A DNA stretch of 32,000 nt from Methylorubrum extorquens (lineage in GTDB: Bacteria; Pseudomonadota; Alphaproteobacteria; Rhizobiales; Beijerinckiaceae), in assembly GCA_900234795.1 (NCBI GenBank), contig LT962688.1, positions 2,580,001 through 2,612,000 of the forward strand, read 5' to 3'. Below the pieces are notes generated by a model that had not been told where the DNA came from, ran no database searches, and saw only the letters and a program-made list of their open reading frames with translations. The position numbers and the translations under genes are program-made. Positions 18,711 through 27,011 of the stretch are shown in pieces (position 1 is the first letter of the stretch; each line of letters opens with the position of its first letter).

Positions 18711-18775
18711 CGCAAGGGTCCTTTCCTCTCTTGTCCTTGACGGACAGGGCCATCGTGCCGTTCTGAACGTCCAAA

Positions 18776-20156
18776 GTGCCGGAAGCTCGGCCTTATCGTG
18801 TCGGGTTGCGGGTCCAAGCGTGGCCGCAAGACGGCAAGTTTAACGAAACGTTTCCGGAGCCGATCCTGACCCCCTCCGCCCGCCTCTCCGCCGCCATCGA
18901 GATCCTCGACGACATCGCCGAGCGCCGTCGTCCGGCCGCCGACGCCCTCAAGGATTGGGGGCTCGCCCACCGCTACGCCGGCTCCGGCGACCGCGCGGCC
19001 ATCGCCAGCCTCGTCTACGACGGGCTGCGGCGCCGGGCCTCCGCTGCCTGGGTGATGGGCGCCGAGACCGGCCGGGCCATCGTGATCGGCATGCTGCGCC
19101 TTCAGCGCGGTCTGGCCGAGCCCAGCATCGCCTCGCTGTTTGACGGCGCGCGCTTCGCACCCCCTACCCTGACCGAGGACGAGCGCAAGCGACTGGCGGA
19201 GGGGAAGCCTCGCCGACGCGCCGCCCGAGGTCGCGGGCGATACGCCGGCCTTCGTGCTGCCGTCGCTGACCGCGCTGCTCGGCGATGCGCTGCTGCCCGA
19301 ATTGCGGGCGCTCGGCCGCCGGGCGCCGCTCGATATCCGCGTCAACACCCTGAAACAGAGCCGCGAAGAGGCGTTCGCGGCTTTGGCCGACCTCTCGCCC
19401 GAGACGACGCCGCTCTCGGCACTCGGCCTGCGCATCCCGCTCGGCGAGGATGGGCGCGGCCCGGCGCTCCATGTCGATCCGCTGTTTCTGGAGGGCGGGT
19501 TCGAGATTCAGGACGAGGGCTCGCAGATCGCGAGCCTGCTCGCCGGGGCGAAACCGGGCGAGACCGTGGTCGATCTCTGCGCGGGCGGGGGCGGCAAGTC
19601 GCTGGCGCTCGCCGCGATCACCGGCAACGCCGCCCACATCATTGCCACCGATGCCGATCCGCGCCGGCTCGCCCCGATCCACGAGCGCCTGCGCCGCTCG
19701 GGTGCGCAGGTCGAGGTGCGCACGCCGCGCACCGGCAAGGCGCGCGCCGACGTGCTGGCCGATCTCGACGGCACGGTCGACCGGGTTCTGGTCGATGCGC
19801 CCTGCACCGGCACCGGCACGTGGCGCCGCAACCCGGATGCCAAGTGGCGCCTGCGGCCGGGCAGCCTCGCTGGCCGGCTCGCCGAGCAGGCCGAGGTGCT
19901 CGACCGGGCGGCCCGTCTGCTGCGCCCCGGTGGAACCCTCGTCTACGTCACCTGCTCGCTCCTGCCCGAGGAGAACGACGCCGCCGTCGACGGATTGCTC
20001 CAGCGCAGCGGGGCGATCCGGCCCGTGGCGACCGATCTCGCGCCCGTGCCCGGTCTCGACGAGAAGGTCCGTAAGACGGCCCGCGGCATCCAGATGAGTC
20101 CGGCGCTGACCGGCACCGACGGTTTCTATGTCGCGACACTGACACGCAAAAGCTGA
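18776..20156 (+). pseudogene. RsmB/NOP-family SAM-dependent RNA methyltransferase, interrupted by one frameshift near 19199-19211
   Basis: The N-terminal NusB-like part (LTPSARLSAAIEILDDI...TEDERKRLAEG) is in the frame of ORF 18776. The methyltransferase part (LADAPPEV...IRVNTLK...VVDLCAGGGGKS...VLVDAPCTGTGTWRRNPD...TGTDGFYVA) is in the frame of ORF 19254-20156. The true start is uncertain: GTG 18776 or TTG 18806. Confidence 0.8.
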
Positions 20157-20226
20157 TCCGAGGCCGGATCGGTTGCGCGCGTATCCCGTTGTTCACCGGG
20201 ACCGCGTGGGGGACATGCCGGGGCAG

Positions 20227-20263
20227 CCGCCACGGACGAGATTCCTGCGCATTGCCGTGGCGG
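20227..20263 (+). terminator. 9-bp hairpin (ccgccacgg / ccgtggcgg) downstream of the methyltransferase gene
   Basis: Perfect arms with a 19-nt loop, followed by GAGTTTCG. The U tract is weak, so this is tentative. Confidence 0.25.
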
Positions 20264-20291
20264 GAGTTTCGATGACGGCGAGACCGAGACC

Positions 20292-21320
20292 ATGACGTTG
20301 CACCGGCGAGCCCTGCTCGCGGGGACGGCGGCGGTGCTGACCGGGGCCGAGGCGCGGGCGCAGGAATCGGCGGTACCGCCGGACGTACGTCTTCCGGTGC
20401 GTCCGCAGACCGGTGAGGTTGTCCAGCCCCTACCGAAATCCGCGCCCGGCTCCGACCTCGAAATCATCGATCTGTGGCCGGACCTGCCGCCGGGCGGCGG
20501 CGGGCCGTTCCGCTCGGAATACCGGTTCGACGAGACCCTGACCGGCGTCATCACCGGCGTGGTGCGGCCCTGCCTTCTCGTGATCCGCCCCCAGCGCCCG
20601 AACGGAGCCGGGATCGTGATCGCGGCGGGCGGCGGCTATCTGCGCATCGACATCGGCAACGAGGGCCTGCCGGTCGGGCAATGGTTGGCCCGCGCCGGCA
20701 TCACCGCCTTCGTGCTGGTCTACCGTCTGCCGAGCGAGGAGTGGCGCGACGGCCCCGACGCGCCGCGCCAGGACGCGCAACGGGCCATGCGCCTCGTGCG
20801 CTGGCGGGCGGAGGAATACGGCCTCGATCCCGACCGGATCGGCGTGCTCGGCTTCTCCGCGGGCGGCCACCTGATGGGCGTGACCGCGACCGATGCCGAG
20901 CAGGATCTCTACGACGATACCGACGAGGCGGACGGTCTGAGCGCCCGCCCCTCCTTCGCCGGGCTGATCTACCCGATCGTCACCATGCGGGCACCGTTCG
21001 ACCGGACCATGTCGAGCCGCCGGGTGCTCGTCGGCGACGACCCGCCCGATGCACGGCGGCGGGCCTATTCGGTGGAGGTACAGGTCAACGAGCGCACCCC
21101 GCCGGTCTTCATGGTCCAGGCCTCCGACGACCGGATCGCGGTAACCGACCATCCACTCCTGATGTACGCGGCGCTGCGGGCGGCGAAGGTGCCCGCCGAG
21201 ATGCACCTGTTCGAGCGCGGCGGCCACGGCTTCGGGCTCGGCGTGCCCGGCAGTCCCGCGGCAGCCTGGCCCGCCCTGTTCATGGCCTGGATGCGCGGCC
21301 ACGGCCTGCTGAAGTCGTAG
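20292..21320 (+). CDS. Alpha/beta hydrolase (esterase/lipase-like), Tat-type signal
   Basis: 342 aa. The RRALLAGTAAVL twin-arginine leader is followed by the nucleophile elbow GFSAGGH and the late motifs ASDD and GGHGF. Confidence 0.85.
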   Translation: MTLHRRALLAGTAAVLTGAEARAQESAVPPDVRLPVRPQTGEVVQPLPKSAPGSDLEIIDLWPDLPPGGGGPFRSEYRFDETLTGVITGVVRPCLLVIRPQRPNGAGIVIAAGGGYLRIDIGNEGLPVGQWLARAGITAFVLVYRLPSEEWRDGPDAPRQDAQRAMRLVRWRAEEYGLDPDRIGVLGFSAGGHLMGVTATDAEQDLYDDTDEADGLSARPSFAGLIYPIVTMRAPFDRTMSSRRVLVGDDPPDARRRAYSVEVQVNERTPPVFMVQASDDRIAVTDHPLLMYAALRAAKVPAEMHLFERGGHGFGLGVPGSPAAAWPALFMAWMRGHGLLKS

Positions 21321-21428
21321 CGCCGCTGCGATCACTCCGACGCTGACACCGATCGGCGACGGCGCGAAAGCCGGCTCGCGGGCGCGTCTCGTGCCGCGAA
21401 CGATTGCCGATCCCGGGCGTTTAGGGCC

Positions 21429-22040
21429 ATGCTTGCGAAGACACCGAGACATTCGATCCGCGCCCGCGCCGCGCAATTGGCTATGGGCATCGAGGCGGCC
21501 GACGTCGCTTCCGGCCTCTCGCTCGCGCGAGCGAAGGATCGTCCGGCCGTCCAGGCCATGGGATCGGCCAGCGAAATCGGCAGTTGGCAGGCTCTGTTCG
21601 CGTTATCGGCGACGGCCCTGGCCCTCGGCCTGGTCGCCCGTGACCGCCGTCTCGCGCATGCGGGGCGCAACATGCTCACGGCGGGTCTTGTGGCGAGCCT
21701 CGTGAAGACGACGATCAAGCGGACGGTCCACCGCACCCGTCCCAACGTGTTCATGGACGAGGGGCACTACGCCCGCGGTCGGCCCGGAACCGGCAACGGC
21801 CCCTGGCAATCCTTCCCCTCGGGGCACGCCGCCTTGAGCATTGCCGTGGCGCGATCGGTGGCGCGCACCTATCCCAACGCCGCGGCCCCGGCCTACGGCG
21901 CCGCGGCCGCAATCGCGGCCGTCCAAGTCGTCCGCGGCGCGCATTTTCCCGTCGATGTCCTGGCTGGCGCCGTGATCGGTGTTGCCGCCGAAGCCGTCAG
22001 TCATCGCCCCTTCACGGATGAGGCCAGGCGACAGGGCTGA
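21429..22040 (+). CDS. PAP2-family phosphatase (membrane)
   Basis: All three PAP2 motifs are present: KTTIKRTVHRTRP, PSGHA and RGAHFPVDV. The start codon is uncertain. Confidence 0.8.
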   Translation: MLAKTPRHSIRARAAQLAMGIEAADVASGLSLARAKDRPAVQAMGSASEIGSWQALFALSATALALGLVARDRRLAHAGRNMLTAGLVASLVKTTIKRTVHRTRPNVFMDEGHYARGRPGTGNGPWQSFPSGHAALSIAVARSVARTYPNAAAPAYGAAAAIAAVQVVRGAHFPVDVLAGAVIGVAAEAVSHRPFTDEARRQG

Positions 22041-22167
22041 AACGACCGCGGCTTTCGAGGCAAAACCCTGCTCCGCAGCCGTTTTCGGGCTGAAGGGTCG
22101 TGATCGCGACTTCCCGTCCGACGCGGACGCTTCCCAGACATCGTCTCCGCGCGATGGCGAGCACGCC

Positions 22168-22198
22168 AAATAAAAACGGCCCCCGTCTCCGGGGGCCG
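22168..22198 (-). terminator. Rho-independent terminator of the small secreted-protein gene
   Basis: 9-bp GC stem (cggcccccg-tctc-cgggggccg). On the minus strand it is followed by TTTTTATTT. Confidence 0.8.
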
Positions 22199-22225
22199 CT
22201 CGTCGTTCTCAATGAGACGTGGTGA

Positions 22226-22453
22226 TCAGAAGCAGCGGCGCTCGCGCGTGATGACCACGCGGCCGAACCGGCCACGGCGCTTGGTGACGACGGTCCGGCA
22301 GCGCGGGCCGCGGACGACGCGGCGGCTGTACTGGGCCTGCTGGAACAGTCCGTCCGTCAGCGGGGCGGCGCCGGAAAGGGGAAGGGCCTGGGCCGGCGCG
22401 GCGGCGCCGAAACCTGCGATCGTGACGGCGATTCCGAAGAGGGCTGCTCTCAT
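22226..22453 (-). CDS. Small secreted arginine-rich protein with a C-terminal Cys pair (75 aa)
   Basis: Signal peptide MRAALFGIAVTIAGFGAAAPAQA. The mature part ends CRTVVTKRRGRFGRVVITRERRCF. An AGGAG lies upstream and a clean terminator downstream. Confidence 0.65.
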   Translation of the reverse strand: MRAALFGIAVTIAGFGAAAPAQALPLSGAAPLTDGLFQQAQYSRRVVRGPRCRTVVTKRRGRFGRVVITRERRCF

Positions 22454-22506
22454 GGTCGGATGGCTCCTGTCCGTTTCGAGGGGCGTGCCGTGTCGCCCCG
22501 AAACCG

Positions 22507-22534
22507 TGAACGTAAGATTAACGGCAGTGACTTG
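22507..22534 (+). promoter_or_regulatory. Conserved motif TGAACGTAAGATTAACGGCAGTGACTTG upstream of guaA, shared with the guaB upstream region
   Basis: Same order and strand as 13001-26. A third partial match, GGTTAACGGGTGTGACTT, occurs at 7038-7055 inside ddl. Confidence 0.4.
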
Positions 22535-22622
22535 AGGGCCGCCGCATGTGCCTCCTGACCCCAGGCGCGTTGCGCCGTTCCGAGGCCTCGTCTAACCGGT
22601 ATCGCAGAAGGCCCGAGGCAGC

Positions 22623-24191
22623 ATGACCATCGATACCTCTCACCACGACAAGATCCTGATCGTCGATTTCGGCTCCCAGGTGACGCAGCTCATCGCCCGC
22701 CGCGTGCGCGAGGAGGGCGTCTATTGCGAGATCGTGCCGTTCACGAAGGCCGAGGCCGCTTTTGAGGCGCACCGGCCCAAGGGCGTGATCCTGTCGGGAG
22801 GGCCAGAATCGGTCACGACGGATCTCTCGCCGCGCGCCCCGCAAAAAAAATCTTCGAATCCGGCGTGCCGGTCTTCGGCATCTGCTACGGCCAGCAGACC
22901 ATGGCGGCCCAGCTCGGCGGCGAGGTCGAGGGCGGCCACCATGCCGAGTTCGGTCGCGCCGAGGTCGAGATCGTCTCGGACTCGCCGCTGTTCCGGGGGG
23001 TCTGGCACGCGGGTGAGAAATACCCGGTCTGGATGAGCCACGGCGACCGGGTGACGAAGCTGCCGGACGGCTTTGCTACCATCGCGATGTCGCGCAACGC
23101 GCCCTTCGCCGCGGTGGCGGACGAGGCCCGCCATTACTACGCCGTCCAGTTCCACCCGGAGGTGCACCACACCCCGCACGGCGCGCTGCTGATCCGTAAC
23201 TTCGTGCGCGATATCGCCGGCTGCTCCGGCGACTGGACCATGGGCACCTACCGCGAGGAGGCGATCGCTAAGATCCGCGAGCAGGTCGGCAAGGAAAAGG
23301 TGATCTGCGGCCTCTCCGGCGGCGTCGATTCCTCGGTCGCGGCGGTGCTGATCCACGAGGCGATCGGCGATCAGCTTACCTGCGTCTTCGTCGATCACGG
23401 CCTGATGCGCCTCGGCGAGGGCGACGAGGTCGTCCGCCTGTTCCGCGACCACTACAACATCCCCCCTCGTCCACGTTCAGGCACAGGATCTGTTCATCGG
23501 CGCGCTCGAGGGCGTCGATGACCCCGAGGTGAAGCGCAAGACGATCGGGCGGCTGTTCATCGACGTGTTCGAGGCCGAGGCCGGTAAGATCGGCGGCGCC
23601 GCCTTCCTCGCCCAGGGCACGCTCTACCCGGACGTGATCGAGAGCGTGTCGTTCTCCGGCGGTCCCTCCGTGACGATCAAGAGCCACCACAATGTCGGCG
23701 GCCTGCCCGAGCGGATGAACATGAAGCTCGTGGAGCCCCTGCGCGAGCTGTTCAAGGACGAGGTTCGCCTGCTCGGCAAGGAACTCGGCCTGCCCGAGAG
23801 CTTCGTCGGCCGCCACCCCTTCCCCGGACCGGGCCTCGCCATTCGCTGCCCGGGGATGATCACGCGCGAGAAGCTGGAGGCCCTGCGCAAGGCCGACGCG
23901 ATCTATCTCGATGAGATCCGGCAGGCCGGCCTCTACGACACGATCTGGCAGGCCTTCGCCGTGATCCTGCCGGTGAAGACGGTGGGCGTGATGGGCGACG
24001 GGCGCACCTACGACCACGTCTGCGCGCTGCGCGCCGTCACCTCGGTCGATGGCATGACCGCCGACTTCTACCCCTTCGACATGGCCTTCCTCGGCCGTGT
24101 CGCGACGCGGATCATCAACGAGGTGAAGGGCATCAACCGGGTGACCTACGACATCACCTCGAAGCCGCCCGGCACGATCGAGTGGGAGTGA
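22623..24191 (+). pseudogene. guaA: GMP synthase (glutamine-hydrolysing) carrying two frameshifts
   Basis: Three collinear pieces match GuaA.
- 22623 to about 22849: [21 protein letters not shown]...SPRAPQK.
- About 22850 to 23465: [16 protein letters not shown]...QFHPEV...[10 protein letters not shown]...DHYNIP.
- 23466 to 24191: [10 protein letters not shown]...[11 protein letters not shown]...GTIEWE.
The shifts occur at an A8 run (22843-22850) and a C6 run (23461-23466). Confidence 0.9.
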
Positions 24192-24212
24192 GGGCGTTCG
24201 TAGCGCCCTTGC

Positions 24213-24515
24213 TCAGGCCGATCGCTCTACGTCGACCGGATGCACGCTGAGGCGCAATCCTAACGACTTCAGCACACCCATGAGCGTGTCGAGTTGCGGG
24301 TTCCCTTTGTCGGACAGGGTTCGGTAGAGTTGTTCTCGCGACCGGCCGACGTCCTGAGCGATCTGCGTCATTCCGCGGGCGCGCGCGATGACACCGAGCG
24401 CGTGAGCGAGCAGTGCGGGATCGTTATCTTCCAACACGGCATCGAGATAGGCCGCGATGTGTTCGGGCGTCTTCAGGTGCTCGGCGCTGTCGTAAGGCTG
24501 CGTTTCGAGGGCCAT
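24213..24515 (-). CDS. HigA-family antitoxin (addiction module antidote, HTH)
   Basis: The ATG at 24515 gives 100 aa: MALETQPYDSAEHLKTPEHIAAYLDAVLEDNDPALLAHALGVIARARGMTQIAQDVGRSREQLYRTLS. This is the typical antidote-protein pattern. It starts 2 nt after the toxin stop. Confidence 0.85.
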   Translation of the reverse strand: MALETQPYDSAEHLKTPEHIAAYLDAVLEDNDPALLAHALGVIARARGMTQIAQDVGRSREQLYRTLSDKGNPQLDTLMGVLKSLGLRLSVHPVDVERSA

Positions 24516-24517
24516 CG

Positions 24518-24808
24518 TCAAAGCTCCTTCGCGAGCGCTTTCGCAGCTCGGATGTCCCGCTCCTGTGAGCTCTTGTCTCCGCCGCAAAGCAAAATGACGA
24601 TCTGCTTGCCTTGGGCGGTGAAGTAGATCCGGTAGCCCGGGCCGTAATCGATCCGCATCTCGCTGACACCGTCTCCGACCGGTTTGACGTCGCCCGGATT
24701 GCCGAGCGCCAACCGGTCGATGCGCTTGGCGATGCGCGCAACGGCGCGAACGTCGCGCAAATCGTCGATCCAAGTCTGAAAGACACTCGTACGGCGGATC
24801 GTCGGCAT
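24518..24808 (-). CDS. RelE/ParE-superfamily toxin (HigB-like addiction module killer)
   Basis: 96 aa. Contains IDRLALGNPGDVKPVGDGVSEMRIDYGPGYRIYFTAQGKQIVILLCGGDKSSQERDI, a hallmark of the killer-protein family. Confidence 0.9.
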   Translation of the reverse strand: MPTIRRTSVFQTWIDDLRDVRAVARIAKRIDRLALGNPGDVKPVGDGVSEMRIDYGPGYRIYFTAQGKQIVILLCGGDKSSQERDIRAAKALAKEL

Positions 24809-24864
24809 GGGGGATTGTGGTCTTTAAAATACAAAAATCAAGTCGGCGCGGATGCAGCTTTTTC

Positions 24865-25130
24865 GGCTGTGCCCGTATGGGGATCAAAAGGGAAAGCGGC
24901 ACGGGTTTTCGAGCCCCATGCCGTGGCTGCCCCGCAATTGTAAGCAGTGAGCCTACCCGTCACCGCCGTTCCCCGAGGCTCCTTTCCCGTGCCCTTCTCC
25001 TCTCGCTTCGCGCGGGTTGTCGATTGCGCCGTATCACCGCTGCTCGTTGTCCGGGGCGCCGTGTGGTTCTCCGTCCCCCTTCCTCGGGCCGGGGCCCGCG
25101 GTCTATGGCGGGGCTCGACTGACCTCGTTC
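24865..25130 (+). promoter_or_regulatory. Candidate cobalamin (B12) riboswitch in the 5' leader of the ABC importer operon
   Basis: The core AAAAGGGAAAGCGG...(hairpin)...GCTGCCCCGCAATTGTAAGC at 24886-24945 resembles the conserved cobalamin-riboswitch core. A B12-box-like GGCTCGACTGACCTCG lies at 25111-25126, just before the start codon. The downstream genes are BtuF/C/D-like. The boundaries are approximate. Confidence 0.55.
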
Positions 25131-25137
25131 TGAGCCC

Positions 25138-25974
25138 GTGATGCGGCTGCGCCACGCCTTCGCCCTGCTGCTGACCTTCCTGCCGAGCGCATCTTTCGCC
25201 GCGGCGATGCCGACGCGTGTGATCTCGATGAACCTATGCGCCGACGAACTGGTCCTGCGCCTCGCCGACCGGGCGCAGGTGGCGGGAATCACCGGGTTTG
25301 CCCGCGATCCCCGCGGCTCGCTGGTGGCGGACAGGGCCGATGGGTTGCCGGTGATCCGCGGCCTGTCGGAGGAGATCGTGGCGTTGCGGCCCGGCCTCGT
25401 CGTGGCGGGCGCGTTCACGACACGGACCACCGTGGCCATGCTGAAGCGCGCCGGCTTCCCCGTACTCGAACTCAGCGCGCCGGCCGATCTCGACGGCGTG
25501 CGCGGGCAGATCCGCACCGTGGCCGCCGCCCTGGGCCATGCGGAGCGCGGCGAGGCGATGGTCGCGGATCTCGATGCGCGGCTTGCCGCGGTCGCGCCGT
25601 CGGAAAAGCCGCTGCGCGCCCTGGTGATGCACCCGAACGCCTTCACCGTGGCCCCCGGCAGCCTCGGCGATGCGCTGATCCGTGCCGCCGGGCTCGTCAA
25701 CGTCGCCGCCGAGATCGGCCGCGACCGTCTGGGGCAGGTGCCGCTGGAGGCCGCAGCCTTGGCGAACGCGGATATCATCGTCCTGGACCAAGCCGAGCCC
25801 GGCACTCCCTCGCTCGCCGATACGCTGCTGCACCATCCGGTTTTCGGCGCGCTCCGGCGCCGGGGCCGCATCGTCTCGATCCCGAACCGGTTGTGGACCT
25901 GCCCCGGCCCGCAGGTCGCGGAGGTGGTGGCGCGCCTCGCCGAGGCGGCCCGGCAGAGGGCGGAGCGGCCGTGA
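25138..25974 (+). CDS. ABC transporter periplasmic substrate-binding protein, BtuF/FhuD-type
   Basis: 278 aa with a signal peptide (LLLTFLPSASFAAA). RVISMNLCADELVLRL and the overall layout are typical of cluster A-II (vitamin B12/heme/siderophore) binding proteins. Confidence 0.85.
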   Translation: MMRLRHAFALLLTFLPSASFAAAMPTRVISMNLCADELVLRLADRAQVAGITGFARDPRGSLVADRADGLPVIRGLSEEIVALRPGLVVAGAFTTRTTVAMLKRAGFPVLELSAPADLDGVRGQIRTVAAALGHAERGEAMVADLDARLAAVAPSEKPLRALVMHPNAFTVAPGSLGDALIRAAGLVNVAAEIGRDRLGQVPLEAAALANADIIVLDQAEPGTPSLADTLLHHPVFGALRRRGRIVSIPNRLWTCPGPQVAEVVARLAEAARQRAERP

Positions 25975-27011
25975 GCGCCCTCCTTCCCCGCACCGAGCGC
26001 CCGACGCGGTGGTTCCGCCCGGCGCGCCCGGCCCCACTCACGCTTGCCCTCGCGCTCGCCTCGGTGTTCCTCACGCTCGCCTCGGTGGCGGTCGGCTACG
26101 CACCCTTCGATCTCGTTGCGGCGGTGGGCGACCGGATCGCCGGCCGAGAGACCCTGGCCGCTTTGGTGCTGTGGGAGCTGCGACTTCCCCGCGCCCTGCT
26201 CGGCGGGCTCGTCGGCTTCAGCCTCGGCCTGACCGGGGCGGTGATGCAGGGGTTCCTGCGCAATCCGCTGGCCGATCCCGGCATCCTCGGCATCTCCTCG
26301 GCGGCGGCCCTCGGCGCGGTAATCGTGTTCTATGGCGGCCTTGCCGGCAGTGTGGGCCTCGCCCTGCCCCTCGGCGGCATTGCCGGGGCGGCCTGCGCCG
26401 CACTGCTGCTGATCGGTCTCGCTGCGCGCGGCAGCGGCACGCTCGGTCTGATCCTCGCGGGCGTCGGGCTTTCCAGCTTCGCGGGCGCGCTCACCGCGCT
26501 CGCCCTCAACCTGGCGCCGAACCCCTATGCGGCCCTGGAGATCGTGTTCTGGCTGATGGGATCGCTGGCCGACCGCAGCCTCGATCACGTCCTGCTCTGC
26601 CTGCCGCTGATGGCACTGGGCTGGGCGCTGATGCTCTCGACGGCCGCCGCGCTCGACGCCCTGGCGCTCGGCGAGGACACCGCCGCGAGCCTCGGCTTCG
26701 ATCTCACCTCGGTCCGGTTCCGGATGATCGCGGGGGCGGCGCTTGCCGTTGGCAGCGGGGTTGCGGTGAGCGGCGCCATCGGTTTCGTCGGGCTCGTGGT
26801 CCCGCACCTCGTGCGGCCGTGGGTCGGCGGCCGGCCGGGGGCGAGCCTGTGGCCGAGCGGCTTCGCCGGAGCCGTGCTGGTGCTCGCGGCCGATCTCTGC
26901 GTCCGGCTGCTCGCCACCCGGCCCGAACTCAAGCTCGGCGTCGTCACCGCCCTCGTCGGCGCGCCGTTCCTGGTCGTCCTGCTGCTGCGGAACCGAGGGC
27001 GGCCCGCATGA
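25971..27011 (+). CDS. ABC transporter permease, FecCD/BtuC family
   Basis: The GTG at 25971 overlaps the upstream stop (GTGA), giving 346 aa. Contains [46 protein letters not shown]-like motifs and a C-terminal [16 protein letters not shown]. The upstream part of the 591-aa track ORF is spurious. Confidence 0.9.
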   Translation: [346 protein letters not shown]

